DNA of 64,000 nt, taken from NCBI GenBank assembly GCA_053919585.1, contig CM132802.1. The stretch is one strand, 5' to 3'. Source of the stretch: Euprymna scolopes (lineage: Eukaryota). This document shows positions 15,001-30,000 of the stretch, in pieces; the first letter of the stretch is position 1; each line of letters opens with the position of its first letter. The translations under genes were made by a program, and so were the position numbers. The notes under the pieces were generated by a model that was not told the origin of the DNA, did not search any database, and saw only the letters and a program-made list of their open reading frames with translations.

Positions 15001-18000
15001 AATTTGATTAAGTTCATTAGCAACCTACAGTTGGAAGTTAAAAATTTTATTAAGTTCATCAGCAACCTACAGTTGAAAGTTAAAAATTTGATTAGTTCAT
15101 TAGCAACCTACAGTTGAAAGTTAAAAATTTGATTAAGTTCATTAGCAACCTACAGTTGAAAGTTAAAAATTTGATTAAGTTCATTAGCAACCTACAGTTG
15201 AAAGTTAAAAATTTGATTAAGTTCATCAGCAACCTACAGTTGAAAGTTAAAAATTTGATTAAGTTCATCAGCAACCTACAGTTGAAAGTTAAAAATTTGA
15301 TTAAGTTCATTAACAACCTACAGTTGAAAGTTAAAAATTTGATTAGTTCATTAGCAACCTACAGTTGAAAGTTAAAAATTTGATTAAGTTCATTAGCAAC
15401 CTACAGTTGAAAGTTAAAAATTTGATTAAGTTCATCAGCAACCTACAGTTGAAAGTTAAAAATTTGATTAAGTTCATCAGCAACCTACAGTTGAAAGTTA
15501 AAAATTTTATTAAGTTCATCAGCAACCTACAGTTGAAAGTTAAAAATTTGATTAAGTTCATTAACAACCTACAGTTGAAAGTTAAAAATTTGATTAAGTT
15601 CATCAGCAACCTACAGTTGAAAGTTAAAAATTTGATTAAGTTCATTAGCAACCTACAGTTGAAAGTTAAAAATTTGATTAAGTTCATCAGCAACCTACAG
15701 TTGAAAGTTAAAAATTTGATTAAGTTCATCAGCAACCTACAGTTGAAAGTTAAAAATTTGATTAAGTTCATCAGCAACCTACAGTTGAAAGTTAAAAATT
15801 TGATTAAGTTCATTAACAACCTACAGTTGAAAGTTAAAAATTTGATTAAGTTCATTAGCAACCTACAGTTGAAAGTTAAAAATTTGATTAAGTTCATTAG
15901 CAACCTACAGTTGAAAGTTAAAAATTTGATTAAGTTCATTAACAACCTACAGTTGAAAGTTAAAAATTTGATTAAGTTCATTAGCAACCTACAGTTGAAA
16001 GTTAAAAATTTGATTAAGTTCATTAGCAACCTTCAGTTGAAAGTTAAAAATTTGATTAAGTTCATTAGCAACCTACAGTTGAAAGTTAAAAATTTGATTA
16101 AGTTCATTAACAACCTACAGTTGAAAGTTAAAAATTTGATTAAGTTCATTAGCAACCTACAGTTGAAAGTTAAAAAATTGATTAAGTTCATTAGCAACCT
16201 ACAGTTGAAAGTTAAAAATTTGATTAAGTTCATTAGCAACCTACATTTGAAAGTTAAAAATTTGATTAAGTTCATTAACAACCTACAGTTGAAAGTTAAA
16301 AATTTGATTAAGTTCATTAGCAACCTACAGTTGAAAGTTAAAAATTTTATTAAGTTCATTAACAACCTACAGTTGAAAGTTAAAAATTTGATTTAGTTCA
16401 TTAGCAACCTACAGTTGAAAGTTAAAAATTTGATTTAGTTCATTAGCAACCTACAGTTGGAAGTTAAAAATTTGATAAGTTCATCAGCAACCTACAGTTG
16501 AAAGTTAAAAATTTGATTAAGTTCATTAGCAACCTACAGTTGAAAGTTAAAAATTTGATTAAGTTCATTAACAACCTACAGTTGAAAGTTAAAAATTTGA
16601 TTAAGTTCATTAGCAACCTACAGTTGAAAGTTAAAAATTTGATTAAGTTCATTAACAACCTACAGTTGAAAGTTTAAAATTTGATTTAGTTCATTAGCAA
16701 CCTACAGTTGAAAGTTAAAAATTTGATTTAGTTCATTAGCAACCTACAGTTGAAAGTTAAAAATTTGATTTAGTTCATTAGAAACCTACAGTTGGAAGTT
16801 AAAAATTTGATTAAGTTCATCAGCAACCTACAGTTGAAAGTTAAAAATTTGATTAAGTTCATTAACAACCTAGAGTTGAAAGTTAAAAATTTGATTAGTT
16901 CATTAGCAACCTACAGTTGAAAGTTAAAAATTTGATTAAGTTCATCAGCAACCTACAGTTGAAAGTTAAAAATTTGATTAAGTTCATCAGCAACCTACAG
17001 TTGAAAGTTAAAAATTTGATTAAGTTCATTAGCAACCTACAGTTGAAAGTTAAAAATTTGATTAAGTTCATCAGCAACCTACAGTTGAAAGTTAAAAATT
17101 TGATTAAGTTCATCAGCAACCTACAGTTGAAAGTTAAAAATTTGATTAAGTTCATCAGCAACCTACAGTTGAAAGTTAAAAATTTGATTAAGTTCATCAG
17201 CAACCTACAGTTGAAAGTTAAAAATTTGATTAAGTTCATTAACAACCTACAGTTGAAAGTTAAAAATTTGATTAGTTCCTTAGCAACCTACAGTTGAAAG
17301 TTAAAAATTTGATTAAGTTCATCAGCAACCTACAGTTGAAAGTTAAAAATTTGATTAAGTTCATTAGCAACCTACAGTTGAAAGTTAAAAATTTGATTAA
17401 GTTCATCAGTAACCTACAGTTGAAAGTTAAAAATTTGATTAAGTTCATTAGCAACCTACAGTTGAAATTAACAATTTGATTAAGTTCATTAGCAACCTAC
17501 AGTTGAAAGTTAAAAATTTGATTTAGTTCATTAATAACCTACAGTTGAAAGTTAAAAATTTGATTAAGTTCATTAACAACCTACAGTTGAAAGTTAAAAA
17601 TTTGATTAGTTCATTAGCAACCTACAGTTGAAAGTTAAAAATTTGATTAAGTTCATCAGCAACCTACAGTTGAAAGTTAAAAATTTGATTAAGTTCATTA
17701 ACAACCTACAGTTGAAAGTTAAAAATTTGATTAAGTTAATCAGCAACCTACAGTTGAAAGTTAAAAATTTGATTTAGTTCATCAGCAACCTACAGTTGAA
17801 AGTTAAAAATTTGATTAAGTTCATTAACAACCTACAGTTGAAAGTTAAAAATTTGATTAAGTTTATTAGCAACCTACAGTTGAAAGTTAAAAATTTGATT
17901 AAGTTCATTAACAACCTACAGTTGAGAGTTAAAAATTTGATTAAGTTCATTAGCAACCCACAGTTGAAAGTTAAAAATTTGATTAAGTTCATTAGCAACC

Positions 18001-21000
18001 TACAGTTGAAAGTTAAAAATTTGATTAAGTTCATCAGCAACCTACAGTTTAAAGTTAAAAATTTGATTAAGTTCATTAACAACCTACAGTTGAAAGTTAA
18101 AAATTTGATAAAGTTCATTAGCAACCTACAGTTGAAAGTTAAAAATTTGATTAAGTTCATTAACAACCTACAGTTGAAAGTTAAAAATTTGATTAAGTTC
18201 ATTAGCAACCTACAGTTGAAAGTTAAAAATTTGATTAAGTTCATCAGCAACCTACAGTTGAAAGTTAAAAATTTGATTAAGTTCATCAGCAACCTACAGT
18301 TGAAAGTTAAAAATTTGATTAAGTTCATTAGCAACCTACAGTTTAAAGTTAAAAATTTGATTAAGTTCATTAGCAACCTACAGTTGAAAGTTAAAAATTT
18401 GATTAAGTTCATTAGCAACCTACAGTTGAAAGTTACAAATTTGATTAAGTTCATTAACAACCTACAGTTGACAGTTAAAAATTTGATTAAGTTCATTAGC
18501 AACCTACAGTTGAAAGTTAAAAATTTGATTAAGTTCATTAGCAACCTCAAGTTGAAAGTTAAAAATTTGATTAAGTTCATCAGCAACCTACAGTTGAAAG
18601 TTAAAAATTTGATTAAGTTCATCAGCAACCTACAGTTGAAAGTTAAAAATTTGATTAAGTTCATTAACAACCTACAGTTGAAAGTTAAAAATTTGATTAA
18701 GTTCATTAGCAACCTACAGTTGAAAGTTAAAAATTTGATTAAGTTAATTAGCAACCTACAGTTGAAAGTTAAAAATTTGATTAAGTTCATTAACAACCTA
18801 CAGTTGAAAGTTAAAAATTTGATTAAGTTCATTAGCAACCTACAGTTGGAAGTTAAAAATTTGATTAAGTTCATCAGCAACCTACAGTTGAAAGTTAAAA
18901 ATTTGATTAAGTTCATTAGCAACCTACAGTTGAAAGTTAAAAATTTGATTAAGTTCATTAGCAACCTAGATTGGAAGTTAAAAATTTTATTAAGTTCATT
19001 AGCAACCTCCAGTTGAAAGTTAAAAATTTGATTAAGTTCATCAGCAACCTACAGTTGAAAGTTAAAAATTTGATTAAGTTCATCAGCAACCTACAGTTGA
19101 AAGTTAAAAATTTGATTAAGTTCATTAACAACCTACAGTTGAAAGTTACAAATTTGATTAAATTCATTAGCAACCTACAGTTGAAAGTTAAAAATTTGAT
19201 TAAGTTCATTAGCAACCTACAGTTGAAAGTTAAAAATTTGATTAAGTTCATCAGCAACCTACAGTTGAAAGTTAAAAATTTGATTAAGTTCATTAACAAC
19301 CTACAGTTGAAAGTTAAAAATTTGATTAAGTTCATTAGCAACCTACAGTTGAAAGTTAAAAATTTGATTAAGTTCATCAGCAACCTACAGTTGAAAGTTA
19401 AAAATTTTATTAAGTTCATCAGCAACCTACAGTTGAAAGTTAAAAATTTGATTAAGTTCATCAGCAACCTACAGTTGAAAGTTAAAAATTTGATTAAGTT
19501 CATCAGCAACCTACAGTTGAAAGTTAAAAATTTGATTAAGTTCATTAGCAACCTACAGTTGAAAGTTAAAAATTTGATTAGTTCATTAGCAACCTACAGT
19601 TGAAAGTTAAAAATTTGATTAAGTTCATTAGCAACCTACAGTTGAAAGTTAAAAATTTGATTAAGTTCATTAGCAACCTACAGTTGAAAGTTAAAAATTT
19701 GATTAAGTTCATTAGCAACCTACAGTTGGAAGTTAAAAATTTGATTAAGTTCATCAGCAACCTACAGTTGAAAGTTAAAAATTTGATTAAGTTCATTAGC
19801 AACCTACAGTTGAAAGTTAAAAATTTGATTAAGTTCATCAGCAACCTACAGTTGAAAGTTAAAAATTTGATTAAGTTCATTAACAACCTACAGTTGAAAG
19901 TTAAAAATTTGATTAAGTTCATTAGCAACCTACAGTTGAAAGTTAAAAATTTGATTAAGTTCATCAGCAACCCACAGTTGAAAGTTAAAAATTTGATTAA
20001 GTTCATCAGCAACCTACATTTGAAAGTTAAAAATTTGATTAAGTTCATCAGCAACCTACAGTTGAAAGTTAAAAATTTGATTAAGTTCATCAGCAACCTA
20101 CAGTTGAAAGTTAAAAATTTGATTAGTTCAGTAGCAACCTACAGTTGAAAGTTAAAAATTTGATTAAGTTCATCAGCAACCTACAGTTGAAAGTTAAAAA
20201 TTTGATTAAGTTCATTAGCAACCTACAGTTGAAAGTTAAAAATTTGATTAAGTTCATCAGCAACCTACAGTTGAAAGTTAAAAATTTGATTAAGTTCATC
20301 AGCAACCTACAGTTGAAAGTTAAAAATTTGATTAAGTTCATTAGCAACCTATAGTTGAAAGTTAAAAATTTGATTAAGTTCATCAGCAACCTACAGTTGA
20401 AAGTTAAAAATTTGATTAAGTTCATTAGCAACCTACAGTTGAAAGTTAAAAATTTGATTAAGTTCATCAGCAACCTACAGTTGAAAGTTAAAAATTTGAT
20501 TAAGTTCATCAGCAACCTACAGTTGAAAGTTAAAAATTTGATTAAGTTCATCAGCAACCTACAGTTGAAAGTTAAAAATTTGATTTAGTTCATTAACAAC
20601 CTACAGTTGAAAGTTAAAAATTTGATTAAGTTCATTAGCAACCTACAGTTGAAAGTTAAAAATTTGATTAGTTCATTAGCAACCTACAGTTGAAAGTTAA
20701 AAATTTGATTAAGTTCATCAGCAACCTACAGTTGAAAGTTAAAAATTTGATTAAGTTCATTAACAACCTACAGTTGAAAGTTAAAAATTTGATTAAGTTA
20801 ATCAGCAACCTACAGTTGAAAGTTAAAAATTTGATTAAGTTCATCAGCAACCTACAGTTGAAAGTTAAAAATTTGATTAAGTTCATTAACAACCTACAGT
20901 TGAAAGTTAAAAATTTGATTAAGTTTATTAGCAACCTACAGTTGAAAGTTAAAAATTTGATTAAGTTCATCAGCAACCTACAGTTGAAAGTTAAAAATTT

Positions 21001-24000
21001 GATTAAGTTCATTAGCAACCTACAGTTTAAAGTTAAAAATTTGATTAAGTTCATTAGCAACCTACAGTTGAAAGTTAAAAATTTGATTAAGTTCATTAGC
21101 AACCTACAGTTGAAAGTTACAAATTTGATTAAGTTCATTAACAACCTACAGTTGAAAGTTAAAAATTTGATTAAGTTCATTAGCAACCTACAGTTGAAAG
21201 TTAAAAATTTGATTAAGTTCATTAGCAACCTCAAGTTTAAAGTTAAAAATTTGATTAAGTTCATCAGCAACCTACAGTTGAAAGTTAAAAATTTGATTAA
21301 GTTCATCAGCAACCTACAGTTGAAAGTTAAAAATTTGATTAAGTTCATTAACAACCTACAGTTGAAAGTTAAAAATTTGATTAAGTTCATTAGCAACCTA
21401 CAGTTGAAAGTTAAAAATTTGATTAAGTTAATTAGCAACCTACAGTTGAAAGTTAAAAATTTGATTAAGTTCATTAACAACCTACAGTTGAAAGTTAAAA
21501 ATTTGATTAAGTTCATTAGCAACCTACAGTTGGAAGTTAAAAATTTGATTAAGTTCATCAGCAACCTACAGTTGAAAGTTAAAAATTTGATTAAGTTCAT
21601 TAGCAACCTACAGTTGAAAGTTAAAAATTTGATTAAGTTCATTAGCAACCTACAGTTGGAAGTTAAAAATTTTATTAAGTTCATTAGCAACCTCCAGTTG
21701 AAAGTTAAAAATTTGATTAAGTTCATCAGCAACCTACAGTTGAAAGTTAAAAATTTGATTAAGTTCATCAGCAACCTACAGTTGAAAGTTAAAAATTTGA
21801 TTAAGTTCATTAACAACCTACAGTTGAAAGTTAAACATTTGATTAAGTTCATTAGCAACCTACAGTTGAAAGTTAAAAATTTGATTAAGTTAATTAGCAA
21901 CCTACAGTTGAAAGTTAAAAATTTGATTAAGTTCATTAACAACCTACAGTTGAAAGTTAAAAATTTGATTAAGTTCATTAGCAACCTACAGTTGGAAGTT
22001 AAAAATTTGATTAAGTTCATCAGCAACCTACAGTTGAAAGTTAAAAATTTGATTAAGTTCATTAGCAACCTACAGTTGAAAGTTAAAAATTTGATTAAGT
22101 TCATTAGCAACCTACAGTTGGAAGTTACAAATTTTATTGAGTTCATCAGCAACCTACAGTTGAAAGTTAAAAATTTGATTAAGTTCATTAGCAACCTACA
22201 GTTGGAAGTTAAAAATTTGATTAAGTTCATCAGCAACCTACAGTTGAAAGTTAAAAATTTGATTAAGTTCATTAGCAACCTACAGTTGAAAGTTAAAAAT
22301 TTGATTAAGTTCATTAGCAACCTACAGTTGGAAGTTAAAAATTTGATTAAGTTCATCAGCAACCTACAGTTGAAAGTTAAAAATTTGATTAAGTTCATCA
22401 GCAACCTACAGTTGAAAGTTAAAAATTTGATTAAGTTCATTAACAACCTACAGTTGAAAGTTAAAAATTTGATTAAGTTCATTAGCAACCTACAGTTGAA
22501 AGTTAAAAATTTGATTAAGTTCATTAGCAACCTACAGTTGAAAGTTAAAAATTTGATTAAGTTCATCAGCAACCTACAGTTGAAAGTTAAAAATTTGATT
22601 AAGTTCATTAACAACCTACAGTTGAAAGTTAAAAATTTGATTAAGTTCATCAGCAACCTACAGTTGAAAGTTAAAAATTTGATTAAGTTCATTAGCAACC
22701 TACAGTTGAAAGTTAAAAATTTGATTAAGTTCATTAGCAACCTACAGTTGGAAGTTAAAAATTTTATTAAGTTCATCAGCAACCTACAGTTGAAAGTTAA
22801 AAATTTGATTAAGTTCATTAGCAACCTACAGTTGGAAGTTAAAAATTTGATTAAGTTCATCAGCAACCTACAGTTGAAAGTTAAAAATTTGATTAAGTTC
22901 ATTAGCAACCTACAGTTGAAAGTTAAAAATTTGATTAAGTTCATTAGCAACCTACAGTTGGAAGTTAAAAATTTGATTAAGTTCATCAGCAACCTACAGT
23001 TGAAAGTTAAAAATTTGATTAAGTTCATCAGCAACCTACAGTTGAAAGTTAAAAATTTGATTAAGTTCATTAACAACCTACAGTTGAAAGTTAAAAATTT
23101 GATTAAGTTCATTAGCAACCTACAGTTGAAAGTTAAAAATTTGATTAAGTTCATTAGCAACCTACAGTTGAAAGTTAAAAATTTGATTAAGTTCATCAGC
23201 AACCTACAGTTGAAAGTTAAAAATTTGATTAAGTTCATTAACAACCTACAGTTGAAAGTTAAAAATTTGATTAAGTTCATCAGCAACCTACAGTTGAAAG
23301 TTAAAAATTTGATTAAGTTCATCAGCAACCTACAGTTGAAAGTTAAAAATTTGATTAAGTTCATCAGCAACCTACAGTTGAAAGTTAAAAATTTGATTAA
23401 GTTCATTAGCACTCTACAGTTGAAAGTTAAAAATTTGATTAAGTTCATCAGCAACCTACAGTTGAAAGTTAAAAATTTGATTAAGTTCATCAGCAACCTA
23501 CAGTTGAAAGTTAAAAATTTGATTAGTTCAGTAGCAACCTACAGTTGAAAGTTAAAAATTTGATTAAGTTCATCAGCAACCTACAGTTGAAAGTTAAAAA
23601 TTTGATTAAGTTCATTAGCAACCTACAGTTGAAAGTTAAAAATTTGATTAAGTTCATCAGCAACCTACAGTTGAAAGTTAAAAATTTGATTAAGTTCATC
23701 AGCAACCTACAGTTGAAAGTTAAAAATTTGATTAAGTTCATTAGCAACCTACAGTTGAAAGTTAAAAATTTGATTAAGTTCATCAGCAACCTACAGTTGA
23801 AAGTTAAAAATTTGATTAAGTTCATTAGCAACCTACAGTTGAAAGTTAAAAATTTGATTAAGTTCATCAGCAACCTACAGTTGAAAGTTAAAAATTTGAT
23901 TAAGTTCATTAGCAACCTACAGTTGAAAGTTAAAAATTTGATTAAATTCATCAGCAACCTACAGTTGAAAGTTAAAAATTTGATTAAGTTCATCAGCAAC

Positions 24001-27000
24001 CTACAGTTGAAAGTTAAAAATTTGATTAAGTTCATCAGCAACCTACAGTTGAAAGTTAAAAATTTGATTTAGTTCATTAACAACCTACAGTTGAAAGTTA
24101 AAAATTTGATTAAGTTCATTAACAACCTACAGTTGAAAGTTAAAAATTTGATTAGTTCATTAGCAACCTACAGTTGAAAGTTAAAAATTTGATTAAGTTC
24201 ATCAGCAACCTACAGTTGAAAGTTAAAAATTTGATTAAGTTCATTAACAACCTACAGTTGAAAGTTAAAAATTTGATTAAGTTAATCAGCAACCTACAGT
24301 TGAAAGTTAAAAATTTGATTAAGTTCATCAGCAACCTACAGTTGAAAGTTAAAAATTTGATTAAGTTCATTAACAACCTACAGTTGAAAGTTAAAAATTT
24401 GATTAAGTTTATTAGCAACCTACAGTTGAAAGTTAAAAATTTGATTAAGTTCATTAACAACCTACAGTTGAAAGTTAAAAATTTGATTAAGTTCATTAGC
24501 AACCTACAGTTGAAAGTTAAAAATTTGATTAAGTTCATTAGCAACCTACAGTTGAAAGTTAAAAATTTGATTAAGTTCATCAGCAACCTACAGTTTAAAG
24601 TTAAAAATTTGATTAAGTTCATTAACAACCTACAGTTGAAAGTTAAAAATTTGATAAAGTTCATTAGCAACCTACAGTTGAAAGTTAAAAATTTGATTAA
24701 GTTCATTAACAACCTACAGTTGAAAGTTAAAAATTTGATTAAGTTCATTAGCAACCTACAGTTGAAAGTTAAAAATTTGATTAAGTTCATCAGCAACCTA
24801 CAGTTGAAAGTTAAAAATTTGATTAAGTTCATCAGCAACCTACAGTTGAAAGTTAAAAATTTGATTAAGTTCATTAGCAACCTACAGTTTAAAGTTAAAA
24901 ATTTGATTAAGTTCATCAGCAACCTACAGTTGAAAGTTAAAAATTTGATTAAGTTCATTAGCAACCTACAGTTGAAAGTTACAAATTTGATTAAGTTCAT
25001 TAGCAACCTACAGTTGAAAGTTAAAAATTTGATTAAGTTCATTAGCAACCTACAGTTGAAAGTTAAAAATTTGATTAAGTTCATTAGCAACCTCAAGTTG
25101 AAAGTTAAAAATTTGATTAAGTTCATCAGCAACCTACAGTTGAAAGTTAAAAATTTGATTAAGTTCATCAGCAACCTACAGTTGAAAGTTAAAAATTTGA
25201 TTAAGTTCATTAACAACCTACAGTTGAAAGTTAAAAATTTGATTAAGTTCATTAGCAACCTACAGTTGAAAGTTAAAAATTTGATTAAGTTAATTAGCAA
25301 CCTACAGTTGAAAGTTAAAAATTTGATTAAGTTCATTAACAACCTACAGTTGAAAGTTAAAAATTTGATTAAGTTCATTAGCAACCTACAGTTGGAAGTT
25401 AAAAATTTGATTAAGTTCATCAGCAACCTACAGTTGAAAGTTAAAAATTTGATTAAGTTCATTAGCAACCTACAGTTGAAAGTTAAAAATTTGATTAAGT
25501 TCATTAGCAACCTACAGTTGGAAGTTAAAAATTTTATTAAGTTCATCAGCAACCTACAGTTGAAAGTTAAAAATTTGATTACGTTCATTAGCAACCTACA
25601 GTTGGAAGTTAAAAATTTGATTAAGTTCATCAGCAACCTACAGTTGAAAGTTAAAAATTTGATTAAGTTCATTAGCAACCTACAGTTGAAAGTCAAAAAT
25701 TTTATTTAGTTCATTAGCAACCTACAGTTGGAAGTTAAAAATTTGATTAAGTTCATCAGCAACCTACAGTTGAAAGTTAAAAATTTGATTAAGTTCATCA
25801 GCAACCTACAGTTGAAAGTTAAAAATTTGATTAAGTTCATTAACAACCTACAGTTGAAAGTTAAAAATTTGATTAAGTTCATTAGCAACCTACAGTTGAA
25901 AGTTAAAAATTTGATTAAGTTCATTAGCAACCTACAGTTGAAAGTTAAAAATTTGATTAAGTTCATCAGCAACCTACAGTTGAAAGTTAAAAATTTGATT
26001 AAGTTCATTAACAACCTACAGTTGAAAGTTAAAAATTTGATTAAGTTCATTAGCAACCTACAGTTGAAAGTTAAAAATTTGATTAAGTTCATCAGCAACC
26101 TACAGTTGAAAGTTAAAAATTTGATTAAGTTCATCAGCAACCTACAGTTGAAAGTTAAAAATTTGATTAAGTTCATCAGCAACCTACAGTTGAAAGTTAA
26201 AAATTGGATTAAGTTCATCAGCAACCTACAGTTGAAAGTTAAAAATTTGATTAAGTTCATTAGCAACCTACAGTTGAAAGTTAAAAATTTGATTAGTTCA
26301 TTAGCAACCTACAGTTGAAAGTTAAAAATTTGATTAAGTTCATTAGCAACCTACAGTTGAAAGTTAAAAATTTGATTAAGTTCATTAGCAACCTACAGTT
26401 GAAAGTTAAAAATTTGATTAAGTTCATTAGCAACCTACAGTTGGAAGTTAAGAATTTGATTAGTTCATTAGCAACCTACAGTTGAAAGTTAAAAATTTGA
26501 TTAAGTTCATTAGCAACCTACAGTTGAAAGTTAAAAATTTGATTAAGTTCATCAGCAACCTACAGTTGAAAGTTAAAAATTTGATTAAGTTCATCAGCAA
26601 CCTACAGTTGAAAGTTAAAAATTTTATTAAGTTCATCAGCAACCTACAGTTGAAAGTTAAAAATTTGATTAAGTTCATTAACAACCTACAGTTGAAAGTT
26701 AAAAATTTGATTAGTTCATTAGCAACCTACAGTTGAAAGTTAAAAATTTTATTAAGTTCATCAGCAACCTACAGTTGAAAGTTAAAAATTTGATTAAGTT
26801 CATTAGCAACCTGCAGTTGAAAGTTAAAAATTTGATTAAGTTCATCAGCAACCTACAGTTGAAAGTTAAAAATTTGATTAAGTTCATCAGCAACCTACAG
26901 TTGAAAGTTAAAAATTTGATTAAGTTCATCAGCAACCTACAGTTGAAAGTTAAAAATTTGATTAAGTTCATTAACAACCTACAGTTGAAAGTTAAAAATT

Positions 27001-30000
27001 TGATTAAGTTCATTAGCAACCTACAGTTGAAAGTTAAAAATTTGATTAAGTTCATTAGCAACCTACAGTTGAAAGTTAAAAATTTGATTAAGTTCATCAG
27101 CAACCTACAGTTGAAAGTTAAAAATTTGATTAAGTTCATTAACAACCTACAGTTGAAAGTTAAAAATTTGATTAAGTTCATTAGCAACCTACAGTTGAAA
27201 GTTAAAAATTTGATTAAGTTCATCAGCAACCTACAGTTGAAAGTTAAAAATTTGATTAAGTTCATCAGCAACCTACAGTTGAAAGTTAAAAATTTGATTA
27301 AGTTCATCAGCAACCTACAGTTGAAAGTTAAAAATTGGATTAAGTTCATCAGCAACCTACAGTTGAAAGTTAAAAATTTGATTAAGTTCATTAGCAACCT
27401 ACAGTTGAAAGTTAAAAATTTGATTAGTTCATTAGCAACCTACAGTTGAAAGTTAAAAATTTGATTAAGTTCATTAGCAACCTACAGTTGAAAGTTAAAA
27501 ATTTGATTAAGTTCATTAGCAACCTACAGTTGAAAGTTAAAAATTTGATTAAGTTCATTAGCAACCTACAGTTGGAAGTTAAGAATTTGATTAGTTCATT
27601 AGCAACCTACAGTTGAAAGTTAAAAATTTGATTAAGTTCATTAGCAACCTACAGTTGAAAGTTAAAAATTTGATTAAGTTCATCAGCAACCTACAGTTGA
27701 AAGTTAAAAATTTGATTAAGTTCATCAGCAACCTACAGTTGAAAGTTAAAAATTTTATTAAGTTCATCAGCAACCTACAGTTGAAAGTTAAAAATTTGAT
27801 TAAGTTCATTAACAACCTACAGTTGAAAGTTAAAAATTTGATTAGTTCATTAGCAACCTACAGTTGAAAGTTAAAAATTTTATTAAGTTCATCAGCAACC
27901 TACAGTTGAAAGTTAAAAATTTGATTAAGTTCATTAGCAACCTGCAGTTGAAAGTTAAAAATTTGATTAAGTTCATCAGCAACCTACAGTTGAAAGTTAA
28001 AAATTTGATTAAGTTCATTAGCAACCTACAGTTGAAAGTTAAAAATTTGATTAAGTTCATCAGCAACCTACAGTTGAAAGTTAAAAATTTGATTAAGTTC
28101 ATCAGCAACCTACAGTTGAAAGTTAAAAATTTGATTAAGTTCATCAGCAACCTACAGTTGAAAGTTAAAAATTTGATTAAGTTCATCAGCAACCTACAGT
28201 TGAAAGTTAAAAATTTGATTAAGTTCATTAACAACCTACAGTTGAAAGTTAAAAATTTGATTAGTTCATTAGCAACCTACAGTTGAAAGTTAAAAATTTG
28301 ATTAAGTTCATCAGCAACCTACAGTTGAAAGTTAAAAATTTTATTAAGTTCATTAGCAACCTACAGTTGAAAGTTAAAAATTTGATTAAGTTCATCAGTA
28401 ACCTACAGTTGAAAGTTAAAAATTTGATTAAGTTCATTAGCAACCTACAGTTGAAAGTTAACAATTTGATTAAGTTCATTAGCAACCTACAGTTGAAAGT
28501 TAAAAATTTGATTTAGTTCATTAACAACCTACACTTGAAAGTTAAAAATTTGATTAAGTTCATTAACAACCTACAGTTGAAAGTTAAAAATTTGATTAGT
28601 TCATTAGCAACCTACAGTTGAAAGTTAAAAATTTGATTAAGTTCATCAGCAACCTACAGTTGAAAGTTAAAAATTTGATTAAGTTCATTAACAACCTACA
28701 GTTGAAAGTTAAAAATTTGATTACGTTCATTAGCAACCTACAGTTGAAAGTTAAAAATTTGATTAAGTTCATTAGCAACCTACAGTTGGAAGTTAAAAAT
28801 TTGATTAAGTTCATCAGCAACCTACAGTTGAAAGTTAAAAATTTGATTAAGTTCATTAGCAACCTACAGTTGAAAGTTAAAAATTTGATTAAGTTCATTA
28901 GCAACCTACAGTTGGAAGTTAAAAATTTGATTAAGTTCATCAGCAACCTACAGTTGAAAGTTAAAAATTTGATTAAGTTCATTAGCAACCTACAGTTGGA
29001 AGTTAAAAATTTTATTAAGTTCATCAGCAACCTACAGTTGAAAGTTAAAAATTTGATTAGTTCATTAGCAACCTACAGTTGAAAGTTAAAAATTTGATTA
29101 AGTTCATTAGCAACCTACAGTTGAAAGTTAAAAATTTGATTAAGTTCATTAGCAACCTACAGTTGAAAGTTAAAAATTTGATTAAGTTCATTAGCAACCT
29201 ACAGTTGAAAGTTAAAAATTTGATTAAGTTCATCAGTAACCTACAGTTGAAAGTTAAAAATTTGATTAAGTTCATTAGCAACCTACAGTTGAAATTAACA
29301 ATTTGATTAAGTTCATTAGCAACCTACAGTTGAAAGTTAAAAATTTGATTTAGTTCATTAACAACCTACAGTTGAAAGTTAAAAATTTGATTAAGTTCAT
29401 TAGCAACCTACAGTTGAAAGTTAAAAATTTGATTAGTTCATTAGCAACCTACAGTTGAAAGTTAAAAATTTGATTAAGTTCATCAGCAACCTACAGTTGA
29501 AAGTTAAAAATTTGATTAAGTTCATTAACAACCTACAGTTGAAAGTTAAAAATTTGATTAAGTTAATCAGCAACCTACAGTTGAAAGTTAAAAATTTGAT
29601 TAAGTTCATCAGCAACCTACAGTTGAAAGTTAAAAATTTGATTAAGTTCATTAACAACCTACAGTTGAAAGTTAAAAATTTGATTAAGTTTATTAGCAAC
29701 CTACAGTTGAAAGTTAAAAATTTGATTAAGTTCATCAGCAACCTACAGTTGAAAGTTAAAAATTTGATTAAGTTCATTAGCAACCTACAGTTTAAAGTTA
29801 AAAATTTGATTAAGTTCATTAGCAACCTACAGTTGAAAGTTAAAAATTTGATTAAGTTCATTAGCAACCTACAGTTGAAAGTTACAAATTTGATTAAGTT
29901 CATTAACAACCTACAGTTGAAAGTTAAAAATTTGATTAAGTTCATTAGCAACCTACAGTTGAAAGTTAAAAATTTGATTAAGTTCATTAGCAACCTCAAG